The translations under genes and the position numbers were made by a program. Shown here piece after piece: positions 1 to 12,305 of a stretch of DNA of 64,000 nucleotides. Position 1 is the first letter of the stretch, and each line of letters opens with the position of its first letter. The DNA is from Nemertoderma westbladi (lineage: Eukaryota; Animalia; Xenacoelomorpha), in assembly GCA_032718475.1 (NCBI GenBank), contig JAUCBJ010006848.1, forward strand, positions 1 through 64,000, read 5' to 3'. A model generated the notes under the pieces. The model did not search any database. It was not told where the DNA came from and saw only the letters and a list, made by a program, of their open reading frames with translations.

Positions 1-1053
1 TAACCATATGAAACCAGAAAAGTGGGTTTATTGTGTGCAGTGCGACCTGATTATGGTTATCTTATATAATCACAAGGCGATGAAAAATAAGTATGTAATA
101 TTATTAAAAATATGTTATTATCTTAAAAACATCCACTTATGAATTAAAATTAAATTAATATAATATTCCATAGTAAATTTGAAATCGTGTAGCATAAAAT
201 GTAGAATTAAGTAATACTTTATGGCTACTGCAATGTTATAATTATTGTTAGTATAGCAATATTGGATTAATCTTATATTATATAAGTAATTATATTATAA
301 TCTACTACCGGTGTCAGGAATTCTTAGCCCGCGAGTATTCTTAACCCGTGGGTATTCTTAGCCTGCATAACAATAACGTTTGTTGTTTTGGTTCCCCCAA
401 TACGCCTCTGAAACCTGCTCATTTACTAACCAACTTGACTAATCCAAGCTATACATTCGCTAAGCTCATGGGTCATGTTTGAGTTCCGCTGTTCGAATTG
501 TTGGCCGACTGGTTTTATTGAGTTTATCTGATAAAATGGTTCGATTTCAACCACATAATACTTTTATTATAACCTATAATACAGTAGGTAGAACAACGAC
601 TAGGCAGGAGTAGCTACCATTGTATTCCAATTATCATTTTAGATGACATGTTATGATTATATGATATAGTTGCCGCCACTACTTTCCTAGTTACAGACAG
701 TCTGCAGTTCCAGTGTGCTTTATGAAAGCCAATCATAATTATTTAATACCTTTTCTACATGCTGAGTACTTGAGTAGAGAAATGGAAACAACTTTCATAT
801 TCGCTGAATGCTGCTTCCGTTGGAGAGACGAATAGGGCAAACGTTTTAATTGGTTTTTAATTCAAGTATTTAAATTTACAATTAATTATTTTTTATCATT
901 AATATAAAACTTTAATCTGAAAAGAAGTTGGGAGGGGGGGGGGGGGGGGGGGTATTGCCCCCAATGCCATCATTGTTTAAATAATATATTAAATAAATAT
1001 AATAATATTAATAATTTTATAAAATATTTAAGTAGCGGTAAAGATTCAGCTTC
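1..1053. repeat. Copy of a multi-kb dispersed host repeat unit
   Basis: Near-identical to ~6910-7110 joined to 9043-9895, and to ~43845-44880; contains the empty site GTAGAATTAAGTAATAC (201-217) for the piggyBac-like insertion at 7114. Confidence 0.9.
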
Positions 1054-1055
1054 TT

Positions 1056-1205
1056 ACTACTACTACTAGGTCGAGCGAACTCGGACAGTGGAAATGAGAT
1101 CCTTCCAGGCTTCCCGATTCTCCATAGTTGTCGCAATTTCGTTTCTCCTAAGTTCAGTATCCCTTTCAAGTTGATCTATATATGTTATGGCTGGTCGTCC
1201 ACGAC
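1056..1205 (-). mobile_element. RTE-clade non-LTR retrotransposon 3' end fragment (second copy 3341-3490)
   Basis: Minus strand reads RGRPAITYIDQLERDTELRRNEIATTMENREAWKDLISTVRVRST* followed by a (TAG)n tail; the GRP...R..W pattern is typical of RTE ORF2 C-termini. The paralogue at ~9890 lacks the fragment. Confidence 0.8.
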
Positions 1206-2726
1206 TGAGACAAACTTTAATTAACTAGAAAGTCAAGGTTATACTATACCGAATGAATATAATACAAAGCCGGTTGGTTGAAAGCATATTATATTAATAT
1301 GGAGACACAAGAGTAATGTTATTGACAACGCAATACAAAGTAATTATATGTCTGGAGGGAGGAATGACCCCAAGTCTTTGAATAATAGCCGACCCACCGA
1401 CCGGCATTCAATTAATAATAAAATGCTTCTACAGCTACGGTACTGAACTACCAATAAGAACATTCAATATATTAGTTGGAGACAATGGCTGAATGAATAG
1501 CCGCGTAAAGTTAAACTGCAACAGAGGTGTATGTAAATCGAAACAAATAATTATATTATTTAATCTTTTAATATTATTTAGTCTAAAAAAGTTTAAAAAG
1601 TATTTAGTCTCGCTTTCCATGTCATGGGTTGATAGGGAGTTGTGGCGGGGCAATTTTGTCGACAAGCCGGCACAGCATTCTTAAAAATGCAGCTGCAATG
1701 CAGCATGCCGATCCTAGTAGTAGATGCCCACTCTTGTCGCATTTGTCTGCCTGTCACTGAGTGTCATATCGATCCTAAGTCATTGAGGTTAGGGAGTTGT
1801 GGCGGAGCAATTTTGTTGATAAATTGGCATAGTATACTTAATGCAAGCTGCATGTTTACAAACAATCTGCAGTTAAACTAGAAAATTAAAGAAAATTATA
1901 ACAATTATTTTACAAAGAAAAGTAGAAATTATATTGATTATAAATGGAAACGGTTTGTGATAAAAAATAAATATTAGAACAAACAGAAAGCTCAGGTTAT
2001 ATGTTCTAGAATAACGAAAAAAAATGAAGAGAGCTGCTGAGCTGAAGATTTAAGAAGACGGTTGAACCGAGCCCGAATTTCACGTCAGGCAAACGAGTCT
2101 TACCGCTGCGCCGGTACTTCACTTTCCGTTCACTAGTACCCAAGGTATTGTTCGTGGTAATTTCCTGCACATTTAAGGCCCGGGTTCTTACCTTGAATCA
2201 ATCCTCGCGCCCACGCGCTCAGGCCCTTCGCGATTTCAGGTACGGCCCGCCCCCCCTACTCCACTCTGCTCGCTTCCTCTCCAGTTCGATTTTCGCGTTT
2301 TTAGAATATTCGGTGACGGTTCTATTTAAACACTATTCTGTGATCATTGGAAATGTTTCTTAATTATATTTCAATATTTAACATTTTTTTATCAAATTTA
2401 CTAAATTAAACTTTCTAATTTAAGAGGTAAACAAACATTTGCTATTTTCACTTAATTAACAGCTTTAATTTCTTTGCATTGCAGAAATCCTTCTTCTATA
2501 TGACTTAATAAATTAAAATATTATTTAATCTTTTAATATATTTAGTCTAAAAAAGTCTAAAAAGTATTTAGTCTCGCTTTCCATGTCATGGGTTGATAGG
2601 GAGTTGTGGCGGGGCAATTTTGTCGACAAGCCGGCAAGCCGGCTATTGCAAGGATTTTATTTCTGATATAAGGGGTTTTACAGGTTGTTATACTGTATAA
2701 CAACCTGTAAAACCCCTTATACAGTA

Positions 2727-3030
2727 AATAAGGTATTCTAAAACTGAAGCTAAGGACCTACACTTGATAAAAGGCTATGGGAAGAGCAGGTATTTTTTTA
2801 ACTTTTTCTAGAAAATAAGTTTAGTTTTTGAATTTTTGATTTCTTGACTGAGAGAATCCAAATGACTGGGCCTTGAAAAGAGAGGGATTTGTGTGCAGAA
2901 TCGAGACGGATCGGTGGAATATAACAATTGCAGGACGATGCAGCGCGGGTGTTATATGTGTGAATACTTGAGGTTTTATGGAACAAATGGGTGAGTGGGT
3001 GGGAAGGTTTGTGGAAGACGTCATGCATAT
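2727..3030 (-). mobile_element. CR1/L2-type LINE 3' fragment
   Basis: ORF 2798..3028 has the HTYNTR...IPPIRL...SLSFQGPVIW pattern of CR1/L2 ORF2 C-termini. Confidence 0.7.
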
Positions 3031-4925
3031 AGACTAGACTATAACCATTATTGAGTCCGCCAAACTATCTGTCAACTACAGTAGTAGCAAGTAGTATCGC
3101 TCACGCACCAGGCGCGGATCCACAATAGGGGCGCGTGGCGCAGCGCACCAAAGATTTTTTGGGAAAGAAAATAAAAAGAGTAAAAATTATAAAAAATAAA
3201 TATTTTTAGATTTACTATTGATACAGTAGTTACGATAAAACATACAAGGGCGAAGGGCCGTTTAAATAATATATTAAATAAATATAATAATATTAATAAT
3301 TTTATAAAATATTTAAGTAGTGGTAAAGATTCAGCTTCTTACTACTACTACTAGGTCGAGCGAACTCGGACAGTGGAAATGAGATCCTTCCAGGCTTCCC
3401 GATTCTCCATAGTTGTCGCAATTTCGTTTCTCCTAAGTTCAGTATCCCTTTCAAGTTGATCTATATATGTTATGGCTGGTCGTCCACGACTGAGACAAAC
3501 TTTAATTAACTAGAAAGTCAAGGTTATACTATACCGAATGAATATAATACAAAGCCGGTTGGTTGAAAGCATATTATATTAATATGGAGACACAAGAGTA
3601 ATGTTATTGACAACGCAATACAAAGTAATTATATGTCTGGAGGGAGGAATGACCCCAAGTCTTTGAATAATAGCCGACCCACCGACCGGCATTCAATTAA
3701 TAATAAAATGCTTCTACAGCTACGGTACTGAACTACCAATAAGAACATTCAATATATTAGTTGGAGACAATGGCTGAATGAATAGCCGCGTAAAGTTAAA
3801 CTGCAACAGAGGTGTATGTAAATCGAAACAAATAATTATATTATTTAATCTTTTAATATTATTTAGTCTAAAAAAGTTTAAAAAGTATTTAGTCTCGCTT
3901 TCCATGTCATGGGTTGATAGGGAGTTGTGGCGGGGCAATTTTGTCGACAAGCCGGCACAGCATTCTTAAAAATGCAGCTGCAATGCAGCATGCCGATCCT
4001 AGTAGTAGATGCCCACTCTTGTCGCATTTGTCTGCCTGTCACTGAGTGTCATATCGATCCTAAGTCATTGAGGTTAGGGAGTTGTGGCGGAGCAATTTTG
4101 TTGATAAATTGGCATAGTATACTTAATGCAAGCTGCATGTTTACAAACAATCTGCAGTTAAACTAGAAAATTAAAGAAAATTATAACAATTATTTTACAA
4201 AGAAAAGTAGAAATTATATTGATTATAAATGGAAACGGTTTGTGATAAAAAATAAATATTAGAACAAACAGAAAGCTCAGGTTATATGTTCTAGAATAAC
4301 GAAAAAAAATGAAGAGAGCTGCTGAGCTGAAGATTTAAGAAGACGGTTGAACCGAGCCCGAATTTCACGTCAGGCAAACGAGTCTTACCGCTGCGCCGGT
4401 ACTTCACTTTCCGTTCACTAGTACCCAAGGTATTGTTCGTGGTAATTTCCTGCACATTTAAGGCCCGGGTTCTTACCTTGAATCAATCCTCGCGCCCACG
4501 CGCTCAGGCCCTTCGCGATTTCAGGTACGGCCCGCCCCCCCTACTCCACTCTGCTCGCTTCCTCTCCAGTTCGATTTTCGCGTTTTTAGAATATTCGGTG
4601 ACGGTTCTATTTAAACACTATTCTGTGATCATTGGAAATGTTTCTTAATTATATTTCAATATTTAACATTTTTTTATCAAATTTACTAAATTAAACTTTC
4701 TAATTTAAGAGGTAAACAAACATTTGCTATTTTCACTTAATTAACAGCTTTAATTTCTTTGCATTGCAGAAATCCTTCTTCTATATGACTTAATAAATTA
4801 AAATATTATTTAATCTTTTAATATATTTAGTCTAAAAAAGTCTAAAAAGTATTTAGTCTCGCTTTCCATGTCATGGGTTGATAGGGAGTTGTGGCGGGGC
4901 AATTTTGTCGACAAGCCGGCAAGCC

Positions 4926-5037
4926 GGCTATTGCAAGGATTTTATTTCTGATATAAGGGGTTTTACAGGTTGTTATACTGTATAACAACCTGTAAAACCC
5001 CTTATACAGTATCAGAAATAAAATCCTTGCAATAGCC
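4926..5037. repeat. ~110-bp near-perfect palindrome (MITE-like hairpin); truncated copy at 2641-2726
   Basis: GGCTATTGCAAGGATTTTATTTCTGATATAAGGGGTTTTACAGGTTGTTATA is mirrored by TATAACAACCTGTAAAACCCCTTAT(acag)TATCAGAAATAAAATCCTTGCAATAGCC. Confidence 0.9.
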
Positions 5038-5701
5038 AGTAAATCAGAAACAATAACCTGGCAAAACCCCCGTAATTTCTTAATACTGTATATACTATGG
5101 TTTGTATTGCGGCCAGAGGACACAAACATTAATGAGGGACACAAATATTAATCAGAATAATTCGAAAAAATTGGTTTCAGAAAATTTCACCTAAAATTTA
5201 ATGACTTGTAGTACATTAACCGCAAATCTTGTTTCATTCAATGACCGCTAGAGGGCGAGTGGAAATTTGAAATTTTTCGAAAAAACAAATGTATATCCAT
5301 ATTCAGCCCAGACTGTATAAAATCAAGATATTTTAATTTCAGTAGAAATTTATTGTAGACAAATAAAAAAGTGTTCAGGGGGGGGGGGGGGGGGGGGTGG
5401 GGGGTACTCCGGCCTTAAAATTGAACAAGACAGAACAACAAAACAACAGAATGACAGACACACCGATTGAGTTAGTGGTATGCTAAGCTCGCCTACTATC
5501 GTGGCTCTTGACTCTATCGTGACTATTGTTATTGACATCGCAATACAAAGTAATTATATGTCTGGAGGGAGGAATGACCCCAAGTCTTTGAATAAAAGCC
5601 CACCTACAGGCCGGCATTCAATTAATAATAAAATGCTTCTACGGCTACGGTACTGAGCTACAGTACCAATAAGAACATTCAATATATTAGTTGGAGACAA
5701 T

Positions 5702-6077
5702 GGCAGTGTTTTGTACCTGGGGGGGTCTGTGTTTTGTACCTGGGGGGGGGTCTGTGTTTTGTACCTGGGGGGGGGGGGTCTGTGTTTTGTACCTGGGGGG
5801 GTCTGTGTTTTGTACCTGGGGGGGTCTGTGTTTTGTACCTGGGGGGTCTGTGTTTTGTACCTGGGGGGTCTGTGTTTTGTACCTGGGGGGGTCTGTGTTT
5901 TGTACCTGGGGGGGTCTGTGTTTTGTACCTGGGGGGTCTGTGTTTTGTACCTGGGGGGTCTGTGTTTTGTACCTGGGGGGGTCTGTGTTTTGTACCTGGG
6001 GGGGTCTGTGTTTTGTACCTAGGGGGGTCTGTGTTTTGTACCCGGGGGTCTGGGGTCTTGGGTCTGTGTTTTGTACA
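5702..6077. repeat. Minisatellite (GGGTCTGTGTTTTGTACCTG(G)n), about 15 units
   Basis: Tandem 23-28 bp units that differ mainly in G-run length; resembles a subterminal repeat array of a DNA transposon end. Confidence 0.9.
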
Positions 6078-7344
6078 CAACCATTATTAATTGTTAATAA
6101 CGGAAATATTGTTGTAAAATCGTTAAAGTGCATTGATAGTAGGTATTCATACTTGGTATTCATATTACGAGTTATTCATACTTGCACGGAATACCTCGTA
6201 AGTTTTTAGTTAATAATTAATTGTAAAGCCGCAGGTAAATTCGCAGCTGTGTCAATGAGTTAGAGGACGGCCTACTAAATATTATACTAAATATTATTAT
6301 ATTATTATTGTAATGGGACTAGTCCTACAATTAAATTGTGCAAGTAAGAAATAACAATAACTATTGTCAGTAAAAAAAACTTATCATTCATTCATTGTGT
6401 CAACATAATCAAATTGAATTGATAAAATTATGAAGCAAATTATATATTTATTTATTATTTAAGCCGCACCAGAGAGGCACAACAACTGTACTATACAGAT
6501 TTATAGGAAAAAGTTGGGGGGGGGGGGGGGGGGGGGGGGTCCGTGTTATCAGAAAATGAAACTATATTACGGGTCATGGTGTAATTAGTTGCATATATAT
6601 TTTATCAATATTGTTAAACATTACAATATTAAATTGATTAATTACGTGCATCCCGCTCGATAAGTTGACAATCTGATCACTGACTAGCTCTTACCTTATT
6701 GTTTGAGATGGCCGTAATCTGTAGGGAGGGATGACTTGTGACGGTGGTGCGATTTGGGACAAACTTTTCAATATAATATATACCGGTATATATGGGTCAA
6801 TGCCAACCATATTGACCAATGTCCCGTACGTGATTTTTGAAATTTGTTGAATTTTGAAATTAACTTTGAGAATTTGCCATAGTGATGGTTAGACAGAGCG
6901 ATAATTTCTGCATATGAAACCAGAAAGTCTGTTTATTGTCTGCAGTGCGACCTGATTAGTGTCTTATAATCACATGACGATGAAAAATAAATATCTAATA
7001 TTATTAAAAATATGTTATTATCTTAAAAACATCCACCTATGAATTAAAATTAAATTAATATAATATTTCATAGTAAATTTGAAATCATGTAGCATCATAA
7101 AATGTAGAATTAACCCTATCCATACCGGGGGGGGGGGGGGGGGGGGGCTTTTGGAGACGCACTTTATTTGATTGCTTAGTTCAAAGCCAAACCACATTTA
7201 TTGCAAGTGAAATTCCGTTACTTTTCCTAAAATTTATTATTCTTTATCTTAAAACAAAAATTAATTTTCATATTATTATTTATGACCATGAAAATGACTC
7301 GTAAACTGACCTGTCTCTGAAACTGTCATATTATTGCTGAACTA

Positions 7345-8758
7345 CAGTCCCAATCCCAATAAACATTAACTTGGTCGTTTTGGCGGCCAAAATGACCAAA
7401 ATCACCAAAAAAATGTAGTGTATTCCTATGGGCTACTTGGTCGTTTTGGCGAAGCGATTTAACTCGAATCAGCTCAATCCAGACAGTCTGTCTCCTTGGC
7501 CATCCATTTGGTGGATCTGACTAAATGTCGGCTCGCTTTCATTTTTATTATTGACAGATTGTTAACTTACCCGGCGCTGAGCCTTGCAGTACTGGAGTCC
7601 GCCCACTGAGGCATTGATAGAGTACACAGTCTTATAAAAGGAGTTGAATGGGGCTTCGTTAAAGGAGGAGTATGTATAATAATCTGAACGTCCCGAAATT
7701 AATTTATGGCGTCTCGAAATTAACTTATGGACGTCCCGAAAATAATCTATCAACCAATCAGAATCGTAATGAAATAACTAATCATAAAATAACTAAACTA
7801 AACCTACTTTACCACCTACCTTAAAGTGACCTGTGGGACCAGCCCATTATTAGTGAGGTCGGCATTTCTCTTTATCCTGCCCTGCCGCTCTCTTTGTATT
7901 ACAATTGCATACAGCTAACCAATGGCAATGGTCTCCCCCCAGTGCGGGAAAGACAAGCTGGCTACCATTGAAATGAATAGGGGAAGGATAAAATGGTGTG
8001 TTCGTGTTCCCATCCTAATGTCTGTCGTCTTGGCTCAGCTAAGCTTAAACAGAGCCACAGCCTTACAATAGAGCTTTACCTAAATATACTTCCAGTGAGC
8101 CAAGCAGTAGTAGTGGCGGGTTAGCTCCAAAATGCCCATGTAGGATTTCATCGAAAAAGGACCATCAATAATAGTTAACCCCATCTGCTTCAATTTGAAG
8201 AAAATAATTAGATAATAATACTCATAATTAAAACTATTACATAATTATTATAACTCTAGTGAACAAAACAATATATCATTCGGGGGATGGAATATATAGG
8301 TCATCTAATTAATTGTTTAAAGATTAGCAAACAATACAGTGTAATTGAATTGATGAAATCCATAAATAAAACGTGGATACAAAATGTAAAATCGGGATGC
8401 AAAATATAAATTTCTGAGCTAAGAAAGGGAAATTGGATACTGTACAACTTGTCTGGATACAAGCGGTCCGTTTACCTTACAAAATGAATAATAAACGTGC
8501 GAAATATAAAACAGTACGGAACTGTCCGGGGGGGGGGGGGGGGGGGGGGGGGGGGAATGTCCGGAAATCGAAGCCTTTTCTATCTGCCAACATCCTGGGC
8601 TTTACTTACACTCAGCCTCTATTCACTGGCTGTGATTGACAAGCCAACTTGCCTCAGCAGTTCCTTTCATGAATGCCGCAATTTATATTTGGCCATTTTG
8701 GTCGTTTTGGCCGCCAAAATGACCAAGTTAATGTTTATTGGGATTGGGAGTGGGACTG
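7345..8758. mobile_element. Tc1/mariner/pogo-like MITE nested in the piggyBac-like element
   Basis: Flanked by TA on both sides; ~55-bp TIR starting CAGTCCCAATCCCAATAAACATTAACTTGGTC, mirrored at 8693-8758. Confidence 0.75.
8180..8570 (+). mobile_element. Right-end fragment of the same GG..CC TIR transposon family as 26701-43118
   Basis: Homologous to ~42655-43118 (shared CTGGATACAAGCGGTCCGTTTACCTTACAAAATGAA and GGAACTGTCCGGGG terminal repeats). Confidence 0.7.
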
Positions 8759-10169
8759 TATTGTAGGAGGGAAATTTAAAATTCAATCAATTTAATATCA
8801 ATTTAAAATCAATTTAAACATAATTATAGTATATAAATATTATATTTCAGCATTAGTGTGTGGCATATTTGGATAGAGGAATAAATTTTATATTTAAAAC
8901 TTTTTACTTTAAAGTAATATCATCACACCACACAAAGTTATATGCTTCCAAACTTTACGTCCCCAAAAGTCCCCCCCCCCACCCCCCCCCCCCCCCCCCC
9001 CCCGGTAGTTTGAGCGTCTAAAGTATCCCGGTATGGATAGGGTTAAGTAATACTTTATACTGTAGCTACTGCAATGTTATAATTTGTTAGTATAGTAATA
9101 TTGGATTAATTAATCTTATACTGTATTATATACGTAATTATAATATAATCTAATACTGGTGTCAGGAATTCTTAGACCGCAAGTATTCTTAACCCGTGGG
9201 TATTCTTAGCCTGCAAAACAATAACGTTTATTGTTTTAATACGCCTCTGAAATCTGCTCATTTACTAACCAACTTGACTAATCCAACCTATACATTCCCT
9301 AAGCTCATGGGTCATGTTTGAGTTCCGCTGTTCGAATTGTTGGCCGTCTGGTTTTATTGAGTTTATTTGATAAAATGGTTCTATTTCAACCACATAATAC
9401 TTTTATTATAACCTATAATACAGTAGGTAGAACAACGACTAGGCAGGAGTAGCTACCATTGTATTCCAATTATCATTTTAGATTACCTGTTATGATTATA
9501 TGATATAATTGCCCCCACTACTTTCCTAGTTACAGACAGTCTGCAGTTCCACTCTGCTTTATGAAAGCCAATCATAATTTATTTAATACCTTTTCTACAT
9601 GCTGAGTACTTGAGTAGAGAAATGGAAACAACTTTCATATTCGCTGAATGCTGCTTCCGTTGGAGAGACGAATAGGGCAAACGTTTTAATTGGTTTTTAA
9701 TTCAAATATTTAAGTTTTAAATTAATTATTTTTTATCATTAATATAAAACTTTAATCTGAAAATAAGTTGGAAGGGGGGGGGGGGGGGGTGTATTGCCCC
9801 CAATGCCATCATTGTTTAAATAATATATTAAATAAATATAATAATATTAATAATTTTATAAAATATTAAAGTAGCGGTAAAGATTCAGCTTCTTAGATGC
9901 TTCTTACTCGTTTTCTTGTAAACTTTGCGTTTGTTAGGCAGTAAAATATAAGAGTAATCAGTTCGTAATTTACATCAATTATTTAGCGACTACTGAATGA
10001 CAAGTTTGCTCAGTTACGAAGTATCATTATACAATATTGCGCCACTCAGAGCCTTCTCATACACATATGTAGTAAAAATCATCAATAGAAATAAATAAAT
10101 AGAAATAGAAATATTATAGAAATATACAATGATCTATATTACTCTGTGTAAAATTACAACTACAAATAC

Positions 10170-10810
10170 TAGGGCCTACTAAAATCGGTCTGCTGCATTG
10201 AAACTGCACATAGAGATGCTATGCTGAATTGACACAAATATTTTGCCACCACCATGAGATCCACAATAGACATCTCCCACCACAATGCAGCGTGCTTTAA
10301 GAATTCTATGCGGCTTATCAACAAAGTTGCTAAGCCACAACACCCCAGCCCCCATGACTTTCGCGAGATTATCCTCATCTTCAAGGCCATTTTACTTTAT
10401 GAGGCGTCTCAAGAAAGTCTGGGCTGTCCACCATGTTTACTGTCTCTATGAGGCCGCCAAAGCACAAGATTGCGAACAGGATGGTCCTCACGGCGAAAGC
10501 AATGTCCTGCAATGCGGAGGCGGCTTCGTTCTAGTGCCAAGCTTGGGGGAACCAATGAGACACCTGCAATGTTCTATCTATAGTATCTGGTTGGAGATGT
10601 GTGCATCGTACTCTATACAGTGAACCCGAGGTAGCATTCTTGTATTGTAATGTATTGTAATTTAATTTCTTGTGAATGTGCCATACAGAGATTTGGCGTC
10701 CTCAGCAGTTAGATCCCAGCATGGACTCCCATAGAGGGGGTACTGGAACTACTGCTGCTCTAAATGATCGGACCTTAGGTTTCCGACGTATTCTGTCAAT
10801 GATTGTATAA
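10170..10810 (-). mobile_element. Degraded RTE-clade LINE 3' part
   Basis: Paralogue of 45815-46340, whose minus-strand translation includes RLRFAGHCVR...LVLW (RTE C-terminal motif); multiple frameshifts. Confidence 0.75.
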
Positions 10811-11614
10811 ATTCATAATCGGTAAAAGTAGAGATCGCCCTGAACTTTGTGCGACTTTCTTTTTACCTGACCAGACTGAATGTTGTTAATCTATAGTCTG
10901 CCATAACTTTATCATACCATTTACAACGTAGTCATTGCTCCTGAATATGTTTTAAAATATTTGCGGTTCATGAGATGTGTCAACAGTGGAAGTTCTAGGT
11001 TGGTTATGTTACGAGCCAGCTAACAAAAGATGTCTGCTAAGTTTGAACGGATTACAAACTAAAGGAATACAATGTTGAGACAGTTAGCAAATATTAATTA
11101 AGAATAACACAAATAATAGGATTTCATTAATAGGAGTACAAACATTCACACGGCTTTACTTTGTGTTAAAACTGTCTGACTTCTAACGAAAACCCATTCG
11201 AATTTCTAAATAAAGAATCAGAAAACTTACAAAATTTAATAGTATATATCGAACAACAACTAACTGTAGTAGATATTTAAATACACATTATTAATATTAA
11301 TAAAGATTAACCAATAGTCATTCTACAGGTTATACAGCTTACACGTTCGTGGGGCCTTCGCGCAGCACGAGGCCCAGTTATGAGATACAAATTAAAATTG
11401 TGCGACTGTATCACAAAATCAGGTTATGAGAGATTAACCCACACCACCAATTAATCAAAGAAAGGGGGAAAGTACGTGTTCACCCCTTTTAATCTGCACC
11501 CCCCCCCCCCCCTCCCTTCCCACCCACCAATACATAACCGCGACATCTACCACCCACGGAAGGGTAGCACGAACTTATTTCCAAACGCACGTTCAATATG
11601 CAAAGCCAGGTGGT

Positions 11615-12073
11615 TTATAGGAATATAATCAATGCAGTACTCGTCTTCATTATAAGCCTCTTTGTGTTCGACCTGTTTTGTATTAAAATATATTTATTAA
11701 ACGCAGGCTGACGCTCTTTATAATAATAATACCTAGGGATGCCAGCTTCCAGACTTTCAATCTTTACTGCCGCGCAAACCCCGCAGAGGAAGTTTTGGTT
11801 TGAGAGATCAAGCCCATCGGCAATTGGTGTTTCAATTTCGGTCCAGGAACTCTGACAATGGGAGCATTCAATCTTAGCTGTGGTCCATTCCCGTGGTTTC
11901 GGCTTCCTTTTCTTCGTCCCAATGACAGATTCTTCTGAAGACGTTCGATTCGCTTTCAGTTTATTGTTGGCGTTTGTGTTTTGAAGTTGTATTCGAGTGG
12001 ACAGTCGCGCCGGTTTCGAGGTAACCATACCGACCTGTGATAAGCGTTGGTTTTGTTGAGTGCCGGTATTCAT
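11615..12073 (-). pseudogene. Truncated LINE ORF1-like N-terminus with a partial PHD-like zinc finger
   Basis: IECSHCQSSW...FLCGVC resembles the second half of the PHD finger in CR1/L2 ORF1; the frame then runs into unrelated repeat. Confidence 0.45.
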
Positions 12074-12305
12074 CTTCTCTCACCTCTTCAATGTCAGATG
12101 TTGCAAATACTGATAACACGAATAACGGTATATATTTCAATACTTGTCAATAGTAATATATATAATTTAGATAACTATTTTATATCTGTACTGTTGAGCA
12201 AACTCTACATAAATTCCAACCTGTGTATCGCCGGTAGTGCTGTTGCTGTGCAAGTGCTGAAGTGCTAGTTGCCACCGGTCAGCCGGTACCGGTAGTAGGG
12301 TGGTA

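Larger units (their letters stand above)
976..5011. repeat. Near-tandem direct duplication (976-2726 and 3261-5011, offset 2285)
   Basis: The two ~1.75-kb blocks are nearly identical by eye; the ORF track repeats with an offset of 2285 (1435/3720, 1493/3778, 1642/3927, 2148/4433). Confidence 0.95.
7114..9042. mobile_element. Non-autonomous piggyBac-like element
   Basis: TTAA TSD at 7110-7113 and 9043-9046; 16-bp TIR CCCTATCCATACCGGG / CCCGGTATGGATAGGG; single-TTAA empty site at ~207. Confidence 0.9.
6085..11165. repeat. Large host repeat unit duplicated at 23050-23608 plus 43590-47594
   Basis: Colinear similarity after removing insertions; empty sites are visible here for the LINE (GATAAGTTGACAATC ~6659), the solo LTR (~10120) and the Polinton (TTTACTTTGTGTTAAAAC ~11155-11172). 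Confidence 0.85.

Noticed and set aside
5679-6209. Five overlapping ORFs of 103-172 aa
   Set aside because: Translations of a stop-free minisatellite.
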